Made by a program: the position numbers and the translations under genes
The notes under the pieces: generated by a model
Seen by the model: only the letters and a program-made list of their open reading frames with translations
What the model was told of the DNA's origin: nothing
Database searches by the model: none
Assembly (NCBI GenBank): GCA_049297775.1
Contig: JBAQUX010000024.1
Coordinates: 9,162 to 73,161 of the forward strand
DNA from: Minisyncoccia bacterium
GTDB taxonomy: Bacteria > Patescibacteriota > Minisyncoccia > Phycocordibacterales > UBA2100
DNA: 64,000 nucleotides
Direction: 5' to 3'
In this document: positions 45,463 to 55,783 of the stretch, in pieces
Numbering within the stretch: the first letter of the stretch is position 1
Layout: every line of letters begins with the position of its first letter

Positions 45463-46044
45463 CTATTTGAGTATCTGGTCAACTATACCGTATTTTACTG
45501 ACTCTTCTGCATCCATAAAGAAGTCTCTGTCCACATCGTTTGCTATCTTATCGAGTTTTTGTCCTGTGTTTTTAGCAAGGATTTTGTTGAGTCGCTCACG
45601 CGCCTTCAATATGTGTCGTGCAGTAATTTCGATATCACTTGCTTGACCCTGCACTCCACCCCATGGCTGGTGAATCATTACTTCAGAGTTTGGAAGCGTA
45701 AAGCGCTTGCCTTTTGCGCCAGCTGAAAGAAGTACAGAACCCATCGATGCCGCCATGCCAACACAAATTGTCGATACGTCAGGCTTAATGTGATTCATTG
45801 TGTCCAAAATAGCGAGTCCGGCGGTTATGACACCCCCAGGTGAGTTTATGTAGAGCGAGATGTCCTTTTTAGGATCTTCTGATTGCAGGAAGAGTAACTG
45901 AGCAACGACGGTGTTTGCGACCGCGTCATCAATTGCACCCGTTAAAAATATGATACGCTCCTTTAAGAGGCGTGAGTAAATGTCGTACGCTCGTTCACCA
46001 AACTGCCCCTTATCAATTACCATTGGTATAAGATTATTTTGCAT
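45463..46044 (-). CDS. clpP: ATP-dependent Clp protease proteolytic subunit
   Basis: 193 aa; GMAASMGS active-site Ser context and overall ClpP conservation. Confidence 0.9.
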   Translation of the reverse strand: MQNNLIPMVIDKGQFGERAYDIYSRLLKERIIFLTGAIDDAVANTVVAQLLFLQSEDPKKDISLYINSPGGVITAGLAILDTMNHIKPDVSTICVGMAASMGSVLLSAGAKGKRFTLPNSEVMIHQPWGGVQGQASDIEITARHILKARERLNKILAKNTGQKLDKIANDVDRDFFMDAEESVKYGIVDQILK

Positions 46045-46159
46045 GTCTTGAGTATACGGCAGAATGATAAAAAAATGAAATGAGCGTATTTCTAGCAGAC
46101 TCGTTTGTTATCTGATACTCTGAGTACGTTGAAACCTGTAAGCGAGGTGCGTTATGTAT

Positions 46160-46380
46160 ATAACCGCGAGTGAAGCAGACTTCAAGCGTTGGGAAGCAGG
46201 GTTGGCAGAATACCAGAAGGAGTACGGGGTCTACCTACCCCTACTTTGCTTTTACTCTTTCTGGCTAGGCCCACTCGGAGCCTTCCCCGCGCACTATCAT
46301 GCCCAAATGCTCAAACAGAAATGAATGAGTATCTGGGAAACTACAGCGCCGCTCGAATTGGGTACTCGAACGGCGTTTTT
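46160..46380 (+). ncRNA. candidate small RNA ending at a strong plus-strand intrinsic terminator (identity unknown)
   Basis: Intergenic between two minus-strand genes; GC-elevated segment; hairpin cgccgctcga...tcgaacggcg followed by TTTTTT at 46374-46380; 5' end not defined. Confidence 0.2.
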
Positions 46381-46386
46381 TAATAC

Positions 46387-46824
46387 TTATTCAAGAACTA
46401 TTGGGATTCGAATTGATTCGTCAAACTGAGGTTCGCCAGATGGGTTGTCTTTCTTTAGTTCTATAAAAAAATTTCCACGCAAGTCTTGCGCATTTATTTC
46501 ACCTACGAAGGGTACAAAATCCTCAGTCATCCAGTCACTCGTTGCTTCGGCGATACCGTAGGCAACAGGGTTATTTTTTTCACCGATGAGTGTTATAGGG
46601 AAAGAAGCCTCGAAAAACCATGAACCCCGAGCGGTTCCTGTAACGGTAATAGGGTTCCTCACTCGCATAGCAGGTGTTGGAGTGGTCACGCGTATTGAGG
46701 TTTCGGCAGATGGGGATGGGGATGTACCTGGTGTTGCAGCCGGTATTCGTGGCGAAAATATCTGAAACAGAACTATTGCTGTCACAAAAACGCAGATGCC
46801 AAGTATCATATAAAGTGGTCTCAT
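46387..46824 (-). CDS. secreted protein, possibly Gmad2/GerMN-like Ig-fold domain
   Basis: 145 aa; N-terminal TM/signal, Pro/Ser/Thr linker, beta-rich C-domain; domain name is a guess. Confidence 0.5.
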   Translation of the reverse strand: MRPLYMILGICVFVTAIVLFQIFSPRIPAATPGTSPSPSAETSIRVTTPTPAMRVRNPITVTGTARGSWFFEASFPITLIGEKNNPVAYGIAEATSDWMTEDFVPFVGEINAQDLRGNFFIELKKDNPSGEPQFDESIRIPIVLE

Positions 46825-46876
46825 ATGGTAAGTGTATCAGGGGTGCGCCTGGAATCTACTGCGCTCTCCACTGTAC

Positions 46877-47926
46877 TTACTGTTGTTCGAGAAAACGCAG
46901 CACCTTCTCATTTCTGAGAATGACACTAAAATGTGAACGTACAGCAACTGGATCTGCGCCTTTGTTTCTCTCAAGAGCTGAATCAACTAAGTTCGTGAGC
47001 TCTGTCTCATCTTCAATGAGGTTCTCTCGCTTCGATATTTCTATGAGTGCAAGTTGTGTTTTTGCGCGTGCGTGTGACTCGTCGTGCCATTCAGTGTGCA
47101 AATCTGCGCGAGTTTTCTTTATATGCTCAAGATATGCATCAAGTGTTGCGCCTTGTTGCATGAGGTATTCAGTAAGTCCAGACTCCATTTTGGCGATTTC
47201 GTATTCTGCAAGTGGCTCCGGCGTATCTGCGTCAGTCAAATCAGTAATATCTTTTAATATTTTTGCGCGGCGTTCAGATTTTGTATGGTCTTCCTTTGAT
47301 GTTAGGAGATTTTTACGAACATTCTCTTCAAAAAGTGCCACGGTTTCAAATCCAATCTGAGCCACAAAGGCATCATCAAGCTGAGGTAAATCTGCAACGG
47401 CAATCTCCTCACCCTTTTTATATGCCTCTTCTGGAGGAGTACCTGCTTCGAGTGCCTCTACACGCACGCGCTCGCGTTTAAAATGAATGAGAGCGTTGGC
47501 TACATCTTCCTCAGTCACTGTAACTGGTTCTACTGCCTGCATCTCATCATGAGCAATTTTTTTGTAGTCAGGTAGTGTAACAACAGGATATACAGCAACT
47601 CGCACTTCAATCTCCGCACCACCGTCAGCTTTAGGTGTTATTGCAACGCTCGGTGTAATGATTGGTACTAACTGTTGTTGGATGAGGGTTTCTGGCAATA
47701 TTTCTCGTATTGCAATTTCTGCAGCTCGATCTTTGAGTAAATCTTCGCCGACTTGACCATCGATAAGGGCATCTGGAACTTTTCCATCACGAAATCCATC
47801 AAGTTTCAGATGTCCCTGGATGTCTTTTCGAGCCTTGGGGAGGTACTTTGCAATCGTGTCTTTATTAATGGTGCCTGTGAGAACTACGACTGAGTGTGGT
47901 TCTGTTGTTTTTTTAATATCATGCAT
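46877..47926 (-). CDS. tig: trigger factor (short form, apparently lacking the FKBP/PPIase domain)
   Basis: 349 aa; ribosome-binding GFRDGKVP signature at residues 43-50 then direct continuation into C-domain-like sequence. Confidence 0.8.
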   Translation of the reverse strand: MHDIKKTTEPHSVVVLTGTINKDTIAKYLPKARKDIQGHLKLDGFRDGKVPDALIDGQVGEDLLKDRAAEIAIREILPETLIQQQLVPIITPSVAITPKADGGAEIEVRVAVYPVVTLPDYKKIAHDEMQAVEPVTVTEEDVANALIHFKRERVRVEALEAGTPPEEAYKKGEEIAVADLPQLDDAFVAQIGFETVALFEENVRKNLLTSKEDHTKSERRAKILKDITDLTDADTPEPLAEYEIAKMESGLTEYLMQQGATLDAYLEHIKKTRADLHTEWHDESHARAKTQLALIEISKRENLIEDETELTNLVDSALERNKGADPVAVRSHFSVILRNEKVLRFLEQQ

Positions 47927-47995
47927 TGCGCGAGTGTATCAGAAAATGACACCCAGTAAAGCGTGTCATTTATAATATAGACAGCGCGAGAATGC

Positions 47996-48265
47996 TTACT
48001 CTACAGGGCTAAGCTCTTCTTCTGATTGAGTTGCAGGAGGTAGTGCGTCAAGTTGCTGCATGACATCAACTTCTTCGTCAGTAAGATTCCTCTCGGTGAC
48101 GACTGAAGAGGTAACCTGGAAAGAAGGATTGTCTTCCACAGTAAGATTTGATGAGTCAATTGATTTCCCCCAAATATACAATGCGCCAAATATGAGTACA
48201 GCAAAAATAACTATCGCGCCTATTACGATTCCAAATGATTTTGTGGGTACTGTATGTGTCTCCAT
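47996..48265 (-). CDS. small membrane protein with acidic C-tail (hypothetical)
   Basis: 89 aa; single TM FGIVIGAIVIFAVLIFGALYIW. Confidence 0.4.
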   Translation of the reverse strand: METHTVPTKSFGIVIGAIVIFAVLIFGALYIWGKSIDSSNLTVEDNPSFQVTSSVVTERNLTDEEVDVMQQLDALPPATQSEEELSPVE

Positions 48266-48345
48266 AGTGGTTACTGCTTATTGAGTAAGTATGCTCCATC
48301 ATACCTCCGAAATGGTTTTGTTCATGCGCACTGTCCACATGGGGT

Positions 48346-48990
48346 CTAGTGACGCGGGAGCACTTTACTTAAAGCGTCCACCGACGAGCGTGCCTTGTTA
48401 AATTGGACAAGTGTGTCACGTAGTGATTGGGCAGCGTTTTTTGAATCCTCCGGCCGGGCACTCTCTATAGCTTTTGTAATCTGAAGCTCAGTTTCAAGAA
48501 TGGCCGCATTTGATGTATGCACGGCTCGCGCAGACTTCTGAAATTGGTTGTACAGATCTCGCATACCAGGATTATTTTCAGGAAGTCGGTCTAAAATTAT
48601 TTGCTTCTGAGTAAGGGTCTCGTTTAATTCATCTGACGCAACCACTACTGACTGAAATGCCTGCTCGAGTTTGTGGGAGGCAGCATCACGTAGTTGTTTT
48701 TTTGCCACTTCCTTCTTTTTGTTAGCAAGTTTTCGCCCCGTACTATTTGTTTCTTGAGTGCGCTTCATCTCTTCATCAAGAGATGCAATTTGTTCGAGCT
48801 TCGTCGAGCGTATTTTTTGCAATTCTTGCAATTTGACGCGAGCCTCACTTTTGATTGAAGGTGTATCTTTTATACGGTCATCAACCCCATCCTTTGCTTC
48901 TGCGGTACCGGTAATAGAAAATGCCATGATACTAAGTAACAGTAGGGCTGTTTTCGCAATACGTTTTGAGTTTGGGCGAGTTTTTTTCAT
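48346..48990 (-). CDS. secreted coiled-coil protein (hypothetical)
   Basis: 214 aa; signal peptide; heptad-rich K/E/Q sequence. Confidence 0.55.
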   Translation of the reverse strand: MKKTRPNSKRIAKTALLLLSIMAFSITGTAEAKDGVDDRIKDTPSIKSEARVKLQELQKIRSTKLEQIASLDEEMKRTQETNSTGRKLANKKKEVAKKQLRDAASHKLEQAFQSVVVASDELNETLTQKQIILDRLPENNPGMRDLYNQFQKSARAVHTSNAAILETELQITKAIESARPEDSKNAAQSLRDTLVQFNKARSSVDALSKVLPRH

Positions 48991-49072
48991 AAGTATTGAG
49001 TATAGTGTGTATGACGAACGAGAACAAGAAATCTTACGTACCTAGAATGTGGCCATGTCTGTATGCTAGTAT

Positions 49073-50008
49073 ATGCTTACTATGAGTCATATTAAAGTAT
49101 TTGGTCACAAGTCGCCTGACACGGACACAACGTGTTGCGCAATTATTTGGGCGTGGTATTTAAATACGCACGCATCAGAAAAGGCGGTTCCGTATATTCT
49201 CGGCGAGCTCAATAAGGAGACTCAATTCGTACTCCGCACGTGGGGGATAGCGCAACCTGATGTTCTTGATTCTGTGACTTCAGGGGATTTGGTAGTCATT
49301 GTTGATACCAATAATCCTCAGGAGCTTTTTGAAAATATCAATGACACTACGATTTTGCACATCATTGATCACCACAAATTAGTAGGAGGGCTCATGACTA
49401 ATGGACCACAGATGGTCACCTTAAGACCGCTCGCTTCGACCGCAACGGTCATGTATGACCTTATGGGTGCTCATGTCGAGACCTTGCCAAAAGACATCGC
49501 CGGATTAATGCTTTCATGTATTTTGTCAGATACACTTGCGTTTCGTTCTCCAACAACGACTGCGCATGATACTGCTGTGGCCCAAAAGTTGGCGGCACAT
49601 GTAGGCGTTGAGGTCCCCATATATGCAGGACAGATGTTTGCGGCAAAGTCCGACGTGTCAGACTTTAGTGATTCAGGGCTGCTCCATATCGATAGTAAAA
49701 AGTTTGCCGTTGGTTCTAAAAACTTTAGAGTTTCTGTAGTTGAGACAACTACGCCAGAAACTGTAGTAGCGCGAAAAGAGGGAATTGTGACAGCAATACA
49801 GCAATTACTGAAAGATGAAAAGGATGTGGATGACGTGCTCTTCTTTGTGATTGATATTCTTAAGGAGGAGGCAACAGTATTTACCTATAACGCATCTACA
49901 AGCTCAGTGATAGCACAGTCGTTCGAGGTGCCAGTTGCGGGTGACACGACGCTCTTGCCAGGAGTAGTTTCACGTAAAAAGCAAATAATACCCGTTCTTA
50001 AGGTATAG
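49073..50008 (+). CDS. ppaC: family II (Mn-dependent) inorganic pyrophosphatase, DHH-DHHA2
   Basis: 311 aa; N-terminal VFGHKSPDTDT and DHH motif (IIDHHK), length typical of PpaC. Confidence 0.75.
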   Translation: MLTMSHIKVFGHKSPDTDTTCCAIIWAWYLNTHASEKAVPYILGELNKETQFVLRTWGIAQPDVLDSVTSGDLVVIVDTNNPQELFENINDTTILHIIDHHKLVGGLMTNGPQMVTLRPLASTATVMYDLMGAHVETLPKDIAGLMLSCILSDTLAFRSPTTTAHDTAVAQKLAAHVGVEVPIYAGQMFAAKSDVSDFSDSGLLHIDSKKFAVGSKNFRVSVVETTTPETVVARKEGIVTAIQQLLKDEKDVDDVLFFVIDILKEEATVFTYNASTSSVIAQSFEVPVAGDTTLLPGVVSRKKQIIPVLKV

Positions 50009-50023
50009 AAATTTCTTTCATAT

Positions 50024-50050
50024 AAAAAACCCGCTCAGGCGGGTTTTTTA
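50024..50050. terminator. bidirectional rho-independent terminator between ppaC and nusA
   Basis: aaaaaa-cccgc-tcag-gcggg-tttttt. Confidence 0.7.
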
Positions 50051-50069
50051 TATGAGGGCAAATACGAGC

Positions 50070-51221
50070 TTACTCAGTTGTCTCTGGCGCTACATCTGTA
50101 GTGACGTCATCAGCCGGCGCGACTGGACGGGCAAGTGCAATGATATCAATCTTCCACGTTGTAAGTTTTGCTGCGAGTCGGACGTTTTGACCGCCACGAC
50201 CAATAGCAAGAGATTGCTGATCGTCTTGCACAGTAACTTTCACAGATTTTTCTGCATGGTTGAGTTCAACAGATTGAACCTGTGCTGGGGAAAGTGCATC
50301 CTCGATGAAGTGCTCGATATTTTCTGACCACTCAATTACATCAATTTTTTCGCCACCAAGTTCACTCATAACTGTAGATACGCGTACGCCTCGCTGTCCC
50401 ACAAGTGCGCCTACAGGGTCTATGTGTGAATCCTTCGAGAAAGCAGCAATTTTTGAGCGTGAACCGGCCTCACGAGCAACTGCTTTAATTTCAACAATAC
50501 CATTTTTCAGCTCTGGAACTTCTGTTGCAAAAAGTGCAGTTAAAAATTGTGGGTGTGAGCGAGAAAGACGAAGAAATGATCCACGTGCATTTTCATCAAC
50601 TTGTATTAAGAGTGCGCGTACACGCTCTCCTTGCCGGTAACGTTCTCCTGGAATTTGGTCTTCATAGGGCATAACCGCAGTCGCGCGACCGAGGTCAACA
50701 TAGAGGCTACCACGCTCGAAGCGCTGTACATGCCCAGTCACAATCTCACCTTGTCTCTCACCGTATTCTTCAATAATTGAAGATCGTTCTGCTTCGCGAA
50801 TTTTTTGAATTATTACTTGCTTTGCGGTTTGTGCTGCGATACGACCAAAGTCTTCGCGTGTTTCCAGAGGGAATGTAATTTCTTCATCTACTTGTACGTC
50901 ACGCTTCATGAGCTTTGCGTTGTCGAAAAGCATGTGGTGCTCATCATTGAATCGAGCGCGGTCATCGTCGGCCGCGACTTCTTCACCCTCCATGTAGACA
51001 AGTGATTTGTCCACGACGATTTTTATTTGGTAGAACTCAACATCTCCCGTTTGTGGATTAAAATGTGAGCGAACAATTTGCCCTTTTTCACCGTATTCCT
51101 TTTTGTATGCAGCGCCAAGTGCATTCTCTATAGCACTGATTACCTTTACGCGGGGGATACCTCGCTCTTGCTCGAGCTCATCGAGCGCAATGTTGAGAGA
51201 TTTGATATCAAGTAATGACAT
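50070..51221 (-). CDS. nusA: transcription termination/antitermination factor NusA
   Basis: 383 aa; N-terminal domain, S1 and two KH domains in NusA order. Confidence 0.9.
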   Translation of the reverse strand: MSLLDIKSLNIALDELEQERGIPRVKVISAIENALGAAYKKEYGEKGQIVRSHFNPQTGDVEFYQIKIVVDKSLVYMEGEEVAADDDRARFNDEHHMLFDNAKLMKRDVQVDEEITFPLETREDFGRIAAQTAKQVIIQKIREAERSSIIEEYGERQGEIVTGHVQRFERGSLYVDLGRATAVMPYEDQIPGERYRQGERVRALLIQVDENARGSFLRLSRSHPQFLTALFATEVPELKNGIVEIKAVAREAGSRSKIAAFSKDSHIDPVGALVGQRGVRVSTVMSELGGEKIDVIEWSENIEHFIEDALSPAQVQSVELNHAEKSVKVTVQDDQQSLAIGRGGQNVRLAAKLTTWKIDIIALARPVAPADDVTTDVAPETTE

Positions 51222-51419
51222 AAATATAAAATTAAATAATAAACCTAAGCTAAGCCGTCAATTTGCTCTTAGCGGTGTATATACAAAATAAGTCCCCGCT
51301 TGGGGACCGCATATCTGTAACATTTCGACTATATCACACTCGCATACCTTTCTGCAACATCGACGGCAAGGGTTCATGTCTTGGTGGTATACTTTTTGTA
51401 TTACTAAATATCTATTTTT

Positions 51420-52586
51420 ATGTCTCTATCAAAAAAACCAACCGCAATACATACCGCTTCACTCACGATTACTATGGATGATGGTGCTTTAAAGAAATTT
51501 GATGCATACCGAGTACAGTACAGTATGGCATTGGGTCCTACAAAAGGAGGTGTGAGGTATCACCCGGAAGTCACACTTGCAGAAGTAACTGAATTGGCAC
51601 GACTTATGTCATTAAAATGTTCTCTCGCTGGGCTACCGTATGGGGGCGCAAAAGGAGGCATTACCGTTGACCCAGCGCAACTCTCAAAATCAGAACTTGA
51701 GAAATTGACACGTGCCTATGTGCGTGCATTTCAACATGTCTTCGGACCTAAAAAAGATATTCCTGCGCCAGACGTGAACACGAGCGCAGAGACCATGGGA
51801 TGGTTTGTCGACGAGTGGAATACTATTGTTGGTTTTGATGATAGAGCGGTTGTGACAGGAAAGCCACTTATTTTAGGTGGGTCTCTTGGTCGTGATGAAG
51901 CAACCGGGCTCGGTGGAGTGTATGTACTTGAGGCATTACGAAAAACATTAGGAAAAGAAGCTTCAGAAATGCGGATTGCAATACAAGGCTTTGGAAATGT
52001 TGGGAGTTTTTTTGCTCAGCGTGCAGTTGAAAAGGGATATGTCGTCGTTGCAGTGTCCGATGCTTCTGGTGGCGTGTACTCAGCATCGGGAGTACCTGTT
52101 TCTCGCATGAGGGCGCATGATAAAAAAGATAAGTTCTCGGCGTGTGATACATGCACTAAAATAACAAATGATGAACTCCTCGCTCTTGATGTTGATGCAC
52201 TTATACCTGCAGCGCTATCCCATGTTATCAATGAAAAAAATATCTCAACAATTAAAACAAAATATATTGTAGAGATGGCAAACGGCCCGATAGATTTATC
52301 TATCGATGCCGAGCTCCACGCGAGAGGAGTTACTGTTGTTCCTGATGTGCTAGCAAATGCTGGTGGCGTTATCGTCAGTTACTTTGAATGGGTACAAAAC
52401 AATACTGGTGAGTACTGGGACCTAGATACAGTGCGTGTGAAGCTCGCGCGATATATGGAGTCAATGTTTACTCGTGTACATACGCATGCGCAAGAGCGTC
52501 GTACTTCGCTCCGTGAGTCAGCGTATGCTTTTGCAGAAGAGCGAATACATGCAGCAGAGCAGGCGCGCACCAGTGCACATCTTTAA
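51420..52586 (+). CDS. gdhA: Glu/Leu/Phe/Val-family glutamate dehydrogenase
   Basis: 388 aa; catalytic-Lys region GGAKGG and Rossmann GFGNVG. Confidence 0.85.
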   Translation: MSLSKKPTAIHTASLTITMDDGALKKFDAYRVQYSMALGPTKGGVRYHPEVTLAEVTELARLMSLKCSLAGLPYGGAKGGITVDPAQLSKSELEKLTRAYVRAFQHVFGPKKDIPAPDVNTSAETMGWFVDEWNTIVGFDDRAVVTGKPLILGGSLGRDEATGLGGVYVLEALRKTLGKEASEMRIAIQGFGNVGSFFAQRAVEKGYVVVAVSDASGGVYSASGVPVSRMRAHDKKDKFSACDTCTKITNDELLALDVDALIPAALSHVINEKNISTIKTKYIVEMANGPIDLSIDAELHARGVTVVPDVLANAGGVIVSYFEWVQNNTGEYWDLDTVRVKLARYMESMFTRVHTHAQERRTSLRESAYAFAEERIHAAEQARTSAHL

Positions 52587-52626
52587 GGCAATCTGTGCAT
52601 ATCTTTCGGACCTCTGCTGATATACT

Positions 52627-54381
52627 GTGGTCATGCATGTTCCAATAGACACCCTTCGACAGTTTTTAACTGATGGAGGTTTGGTACAAAAGAAAAACTT
52701 TGACACCGTCGCTGATGAAGCGGTACAAAAGAATCGCCCTATCGGCGAGTTACTTGTTGAGCACGGTGAAATTTCTGATACAGACTTGCGCAAGGCGTAC
52801 TCACACATTACTGGAGTAACTTTTGTTTCACTACTTGATAAAAAAATTACGTACGAGACACTCTCGATGATTCCTGAGCCAGTTGCGCGACATAGTAATG
52901 TTATCGCAATTGAACAGAATAAGGAGGAGCTTGTTGTCGCGATGCTTGATACTGACGATTTACGTGCAATTGATTTCATTAAGAAAAAAACAGGCCTTAA
53001 AATTATCACTCGCCTTACTGATACAAACTCCATAAAAGAAGCACTCAAGCAGTATCAGCGCTCTCTGAAGGCAGACTTGGGTGATTTAATTAACCAAGAA
53101 GCATCGCAAATAACCACGAGTGTTTCTAAGGAAGGTACTTCTGAAGAAGACCAAGCGCGGGCACTCGCAGACCAAATTCCTGCAGTTAAAGTTGTCGATG
53201 CATTGTTGAAACACGCGGTTACACAAGGTGCGTCTGATATACATATTGAACACCATGAAGAAATGTTGCTTGTTCGGTATCGTATCGACGGTATTTTGCA
53301 TGATGCGATGACCCTTCCTAAGGTTACAGGACCGTCAGTGGTTGCTCGTATAAAGGTCTTATCAAATATGCGTCTCGATGAGAAACGTCTTCCTCAAGAT
53401 GGTCGCTTTAAAATTGATACGGGCGGTGAGAAAGTCGCGTTTCGTGTTTCAACACTTCCGACGCACTATGGAGAAAAGATTGTTATGCGTCTCTTGCGTG
53501 AAGGTGGTGGTGGGTACACTCTCGAAGGCTTGGGGTTTCATGGTATTTCGCTTGAACGCGTGCACGATGCGCTTAAAAAAAGTACAGGCATTATTTTGAT
53601 TACAGGACCTACAGGTTCAGGAAAGACTACGACACTCTATACATTGATAGATATATTAAATACCCCAGAAGTAAATATTTCGACCATTGAAGATCCGGTT
53701 GAATATCAAATGGCGCGCATTAATCAGACACAAGTACGCCCAGAAATTGGTCTTACGTTTTCTGCAGGATTACGCACATTGATGCGTCAAGACCCAGATG
53801 TAATTATGATTGGAGAAATTCGCGATACAGAAACTGCATCGCTTGCGATAAACGCAGCGCTTACGGGGCACTTAGTTCTTGCGACACTACACACAAACTC
53901 TGCTGCAGGTGCGGTGCCTCGACTCATAGATATGGGTGTTGAACCGTTTCTTCTTGTTTCAACATTGCAGGTGGTGATTGCGCAACGCTTGGTGCGCACA
54001 CTCCATAAGGAACATGATCGTGCGACAGTACCACTCTCAGAAATCACATCGCTTGAAAAGCAGGCAGATCTCGGACTCGTGCTCCGAACACTTAAAGATG
54101 AAAAAATCGTACCACCAAATATGACGATGAAAGATATTGAGTTTGGTGTCGCTAAAAAATCAAATGCGTCAGAGACCGGCTTTTCCGGACGTAAATCAAT
54201 CATTGAAGTGTTATCACTGAGTCCATCACTGAAAGATTTAATTGCAAAATCTACGTCTGCAGATGCAATTCATGAGCAGTCACGAAAGGAGGGGATGCTC
54301 ACGATGATGGAAGATGGTATCTACAAAGCAGCTGCGGGGCAAACGACACTGGAAGAAGTGCTTCGTGTTATCAGTGAGTAA
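52627..54381 (+). CDS. pilB: type IV pilus assembly ATPase PilB/GspE family
   Basis: 584 aa; Walker A GPTGSGKTTTLY, Asp box and His box of GspE-type ATPases. Confidence 0.85.
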   Translation: MVMHVPIDTLRQFLTDGGLVQKKNFDTVADEAVQKNRPIGELLVEHGEISDTDLRKAYSHITGVTFVSLLDKKITYETLSMIPEPVARHSNVIAIEQNKEELVVAMLDTDDLRAIDFIKKKTGLKIITRLTDTNSIKEALKQYQRSLKADLGDLINQEASQITTSVSKEGTSEEDQARALADQIPAVKVVDALLKHAVTQGASDIHIEHHEEMLLVRYRIDGILHDAMTLPKVTGPSVVARIKVLSNMRLDEKRLPQDGRFKIDTGGEKVAFRVSTLPTHYGEKIVMRLLREGGGGYTLEGLGFHGISLERVHDALKKSTGIILITGPTGSGKTTTLYTLIDILNTPEVNISTIEDPVEYQMARINQTQVRPEIGLTFSAGLRTLMRQDPDVIMIGEIRDTETASLAINAALTGHLVLATLHTNSAAGAVPRLIDMGVEPFLLVSTLQVVIAQRLVRTLHKEHDRATVPLSEITSLEKQADLGLVLRTLKDEKIVPPNMTMKDIEFGVAKKSNASETGFSGRKSIIEVLSLSPSLKDLIAKSTSADAIHEQSRKEGMLTMMEDGIYKAAAGQTTLEEVLRVISE

Positions 54382-54467
54382 TAATTTCCTCGTTGAGTAT
54401 TAGTAGCTCACAGCTACTGGTATTCGCTACTCAATAAAATCAAAACACGCGCTATACTAGTGTTGTC

Positions 54468-55679
54468 ATGAAGTTTACGTACACCGCAGAAAAAGATGGC
54501 GCAAAATATTCTGGCACCATGGATGCCGATGACCGCTATGCTATATATCAAAAAGTTCGTGATGAAGGCGGGAAAGTCCTCACTATTTCCTCAGAAGGTG
54601 GCGGATTCGGTGCAAAATTCAAGGAGTTTTCTGAACGCTTTTCAACAGTTGGTGCTTACGATAAAGTTATCTTTGCTAGAACATTATCTGCCATGCTTAC
54701 CGCAGGACTTCCATTGTCGCGTGCGCTTGCAATATCAGAAAAGCAGGCGCAAAACGACAAGTTAAAAAAGGTGCTTAAAATAGTGAGTGAAGATATTCGT
54801 AAGGGGCAAGGATTTTATGTCGGGCTTTCAAAATTTCCAGCAGTTTTCCCACCACTCTTCGTTGCAATGGCGAAAGCGGGAGAAGAAAGTGGTAACTTGC
54901 CGGGCGCACTCCAAAATATCGCCGAACAGTTGGATAGAGCATATAAGATTCATAAACAGGTGAAAGGAGCGCTTACCTACCCCTCTGTCGTTGTGGTAGC
55001 GATGATAGGTGTGGGAGTTCTTATGATTACCCAAGTGGTGCCGAGTCTTAAACAGACATTTGAAGAGGTCGGGGCAAAGCTCCCTTCTAGTACCAGAGCT
55101 ATTATGAATGTCAGTGATTTCCTCATCGGGCATACGCTCAGTGCGATTCTTATTACTGTAGGGACGGTTGTGTCAGCTGTGATGCTTGCACGTACTGCAC
55201 GCGGGAAAAGAACACTCGACTATATTTTTGTACACATGCCAGTGATTTCTGCCATGGTAAAAGAGGTAAATACTGCGCGTGCATCTCGCACGCTTGCGTC
55301 ACTCGTTGCGTCTGGAGTTGATGTAATCCGCGCGCTTTCAATTACAGAGGAGGTGGTCCAAAACTCACTTTTTAAGGCAGATTTAAAGAAGGCAGAGGAA
55401 ATGGTAACAAAAGGAGAGCCACTTTCACGTGCGTTCGAGGAGGGGCATACTATTTTTCCCTTACTGTTTGGAGAAATGATTGCTGTAGGAGAAGAGACTG
55501 GCGCTATGTCTGACATGCTTAACAAGCTTGCGCTATTTTATGAGGCAGAGGTTGAACAGAAGACCAAAAACCTTTCTACCATCATTGAGCCGCTCCTCAT
55601 GCTCTTCATCGGTGGTGGTGTCGGCTTCTTTGCCATTGCTATCATTTCACCAATTTACGGTATTACACAAAACGTTTAG
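54468..55679 (+). CDS. pilC: type IV pilus platform protein PilC/GspF family
   Basis: 403 aa; two GspF-type repeats with three TM segments. Confidence 0.85.
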   Translation: MKFTYTAEKDGAKYSGTMDADDRYAIYQKVRDEGGKVLTISSEGGGFGAKFKEFSERFSTVGAYDKVIFARTLSAMLTAGLPLSRALAISEKQAQNDKLKKVLKIVSEDIRKGQGFYVGLSKFPAVFPPLFVAMAKAGEESGNLPGALQNIAEQLDRAYKIHKQVKGALTYPSVVVVAMIGVGVLMITQVVPSLKQTFEEVGAKLPSSTRAIMNVSDFLIGHTLSAILITVGTVVSAVMLARTARGKRTLDYIFVHMPVISAMVKEVNTARASRTLASLVASGVDVIRALSITEEVVQNSLFKADLKKAEEMVTKGEPLSRAFEEGHTIFPLLFGEMIAVGEETGAMSDMLNKLALFYEAEVEQKTKNLSTIIEPLLMLFIGGGVGFFAIAIISPIYGITQNV

Positions 55680-55737
55680 TCCTCCCGTCAATTCCTCGGT
55701 GAAAGATGTAGCAGTCTCTTGAGGGTCTGGCAGATAC

Positions 55738-55764
55738 TAAAAACTCCGCTGTCGCGGAGTTTTT
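55738..55764. terminator. bidirectional rho-independent terminator between pilC and the convergent pilin operon
   Basis: aaaaa-actccgc-tgtc-gcggagt-tttt. Confidence 0.65.
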
Positions 55765-55783
55765 AGTATTCATAATTTTCTTC

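Noticed and set aside
46160-46380. Possible SRP/4.5S RNA (GGGAAGCAGGG and CCAGAAGGAG resemble the GGAAGCAGC motif)
   Set aside because: No GNRA tetraloop helix-8 context could be built. This is kept only as a generic candidate sRNA.
46189-46383. 64 aa plus-strand ORF in the clpP upstream region
   Set aside because: Arg/Pro/Leu-rich GC-frame artefact composition. The region is treated as a possible ncRNA instead.
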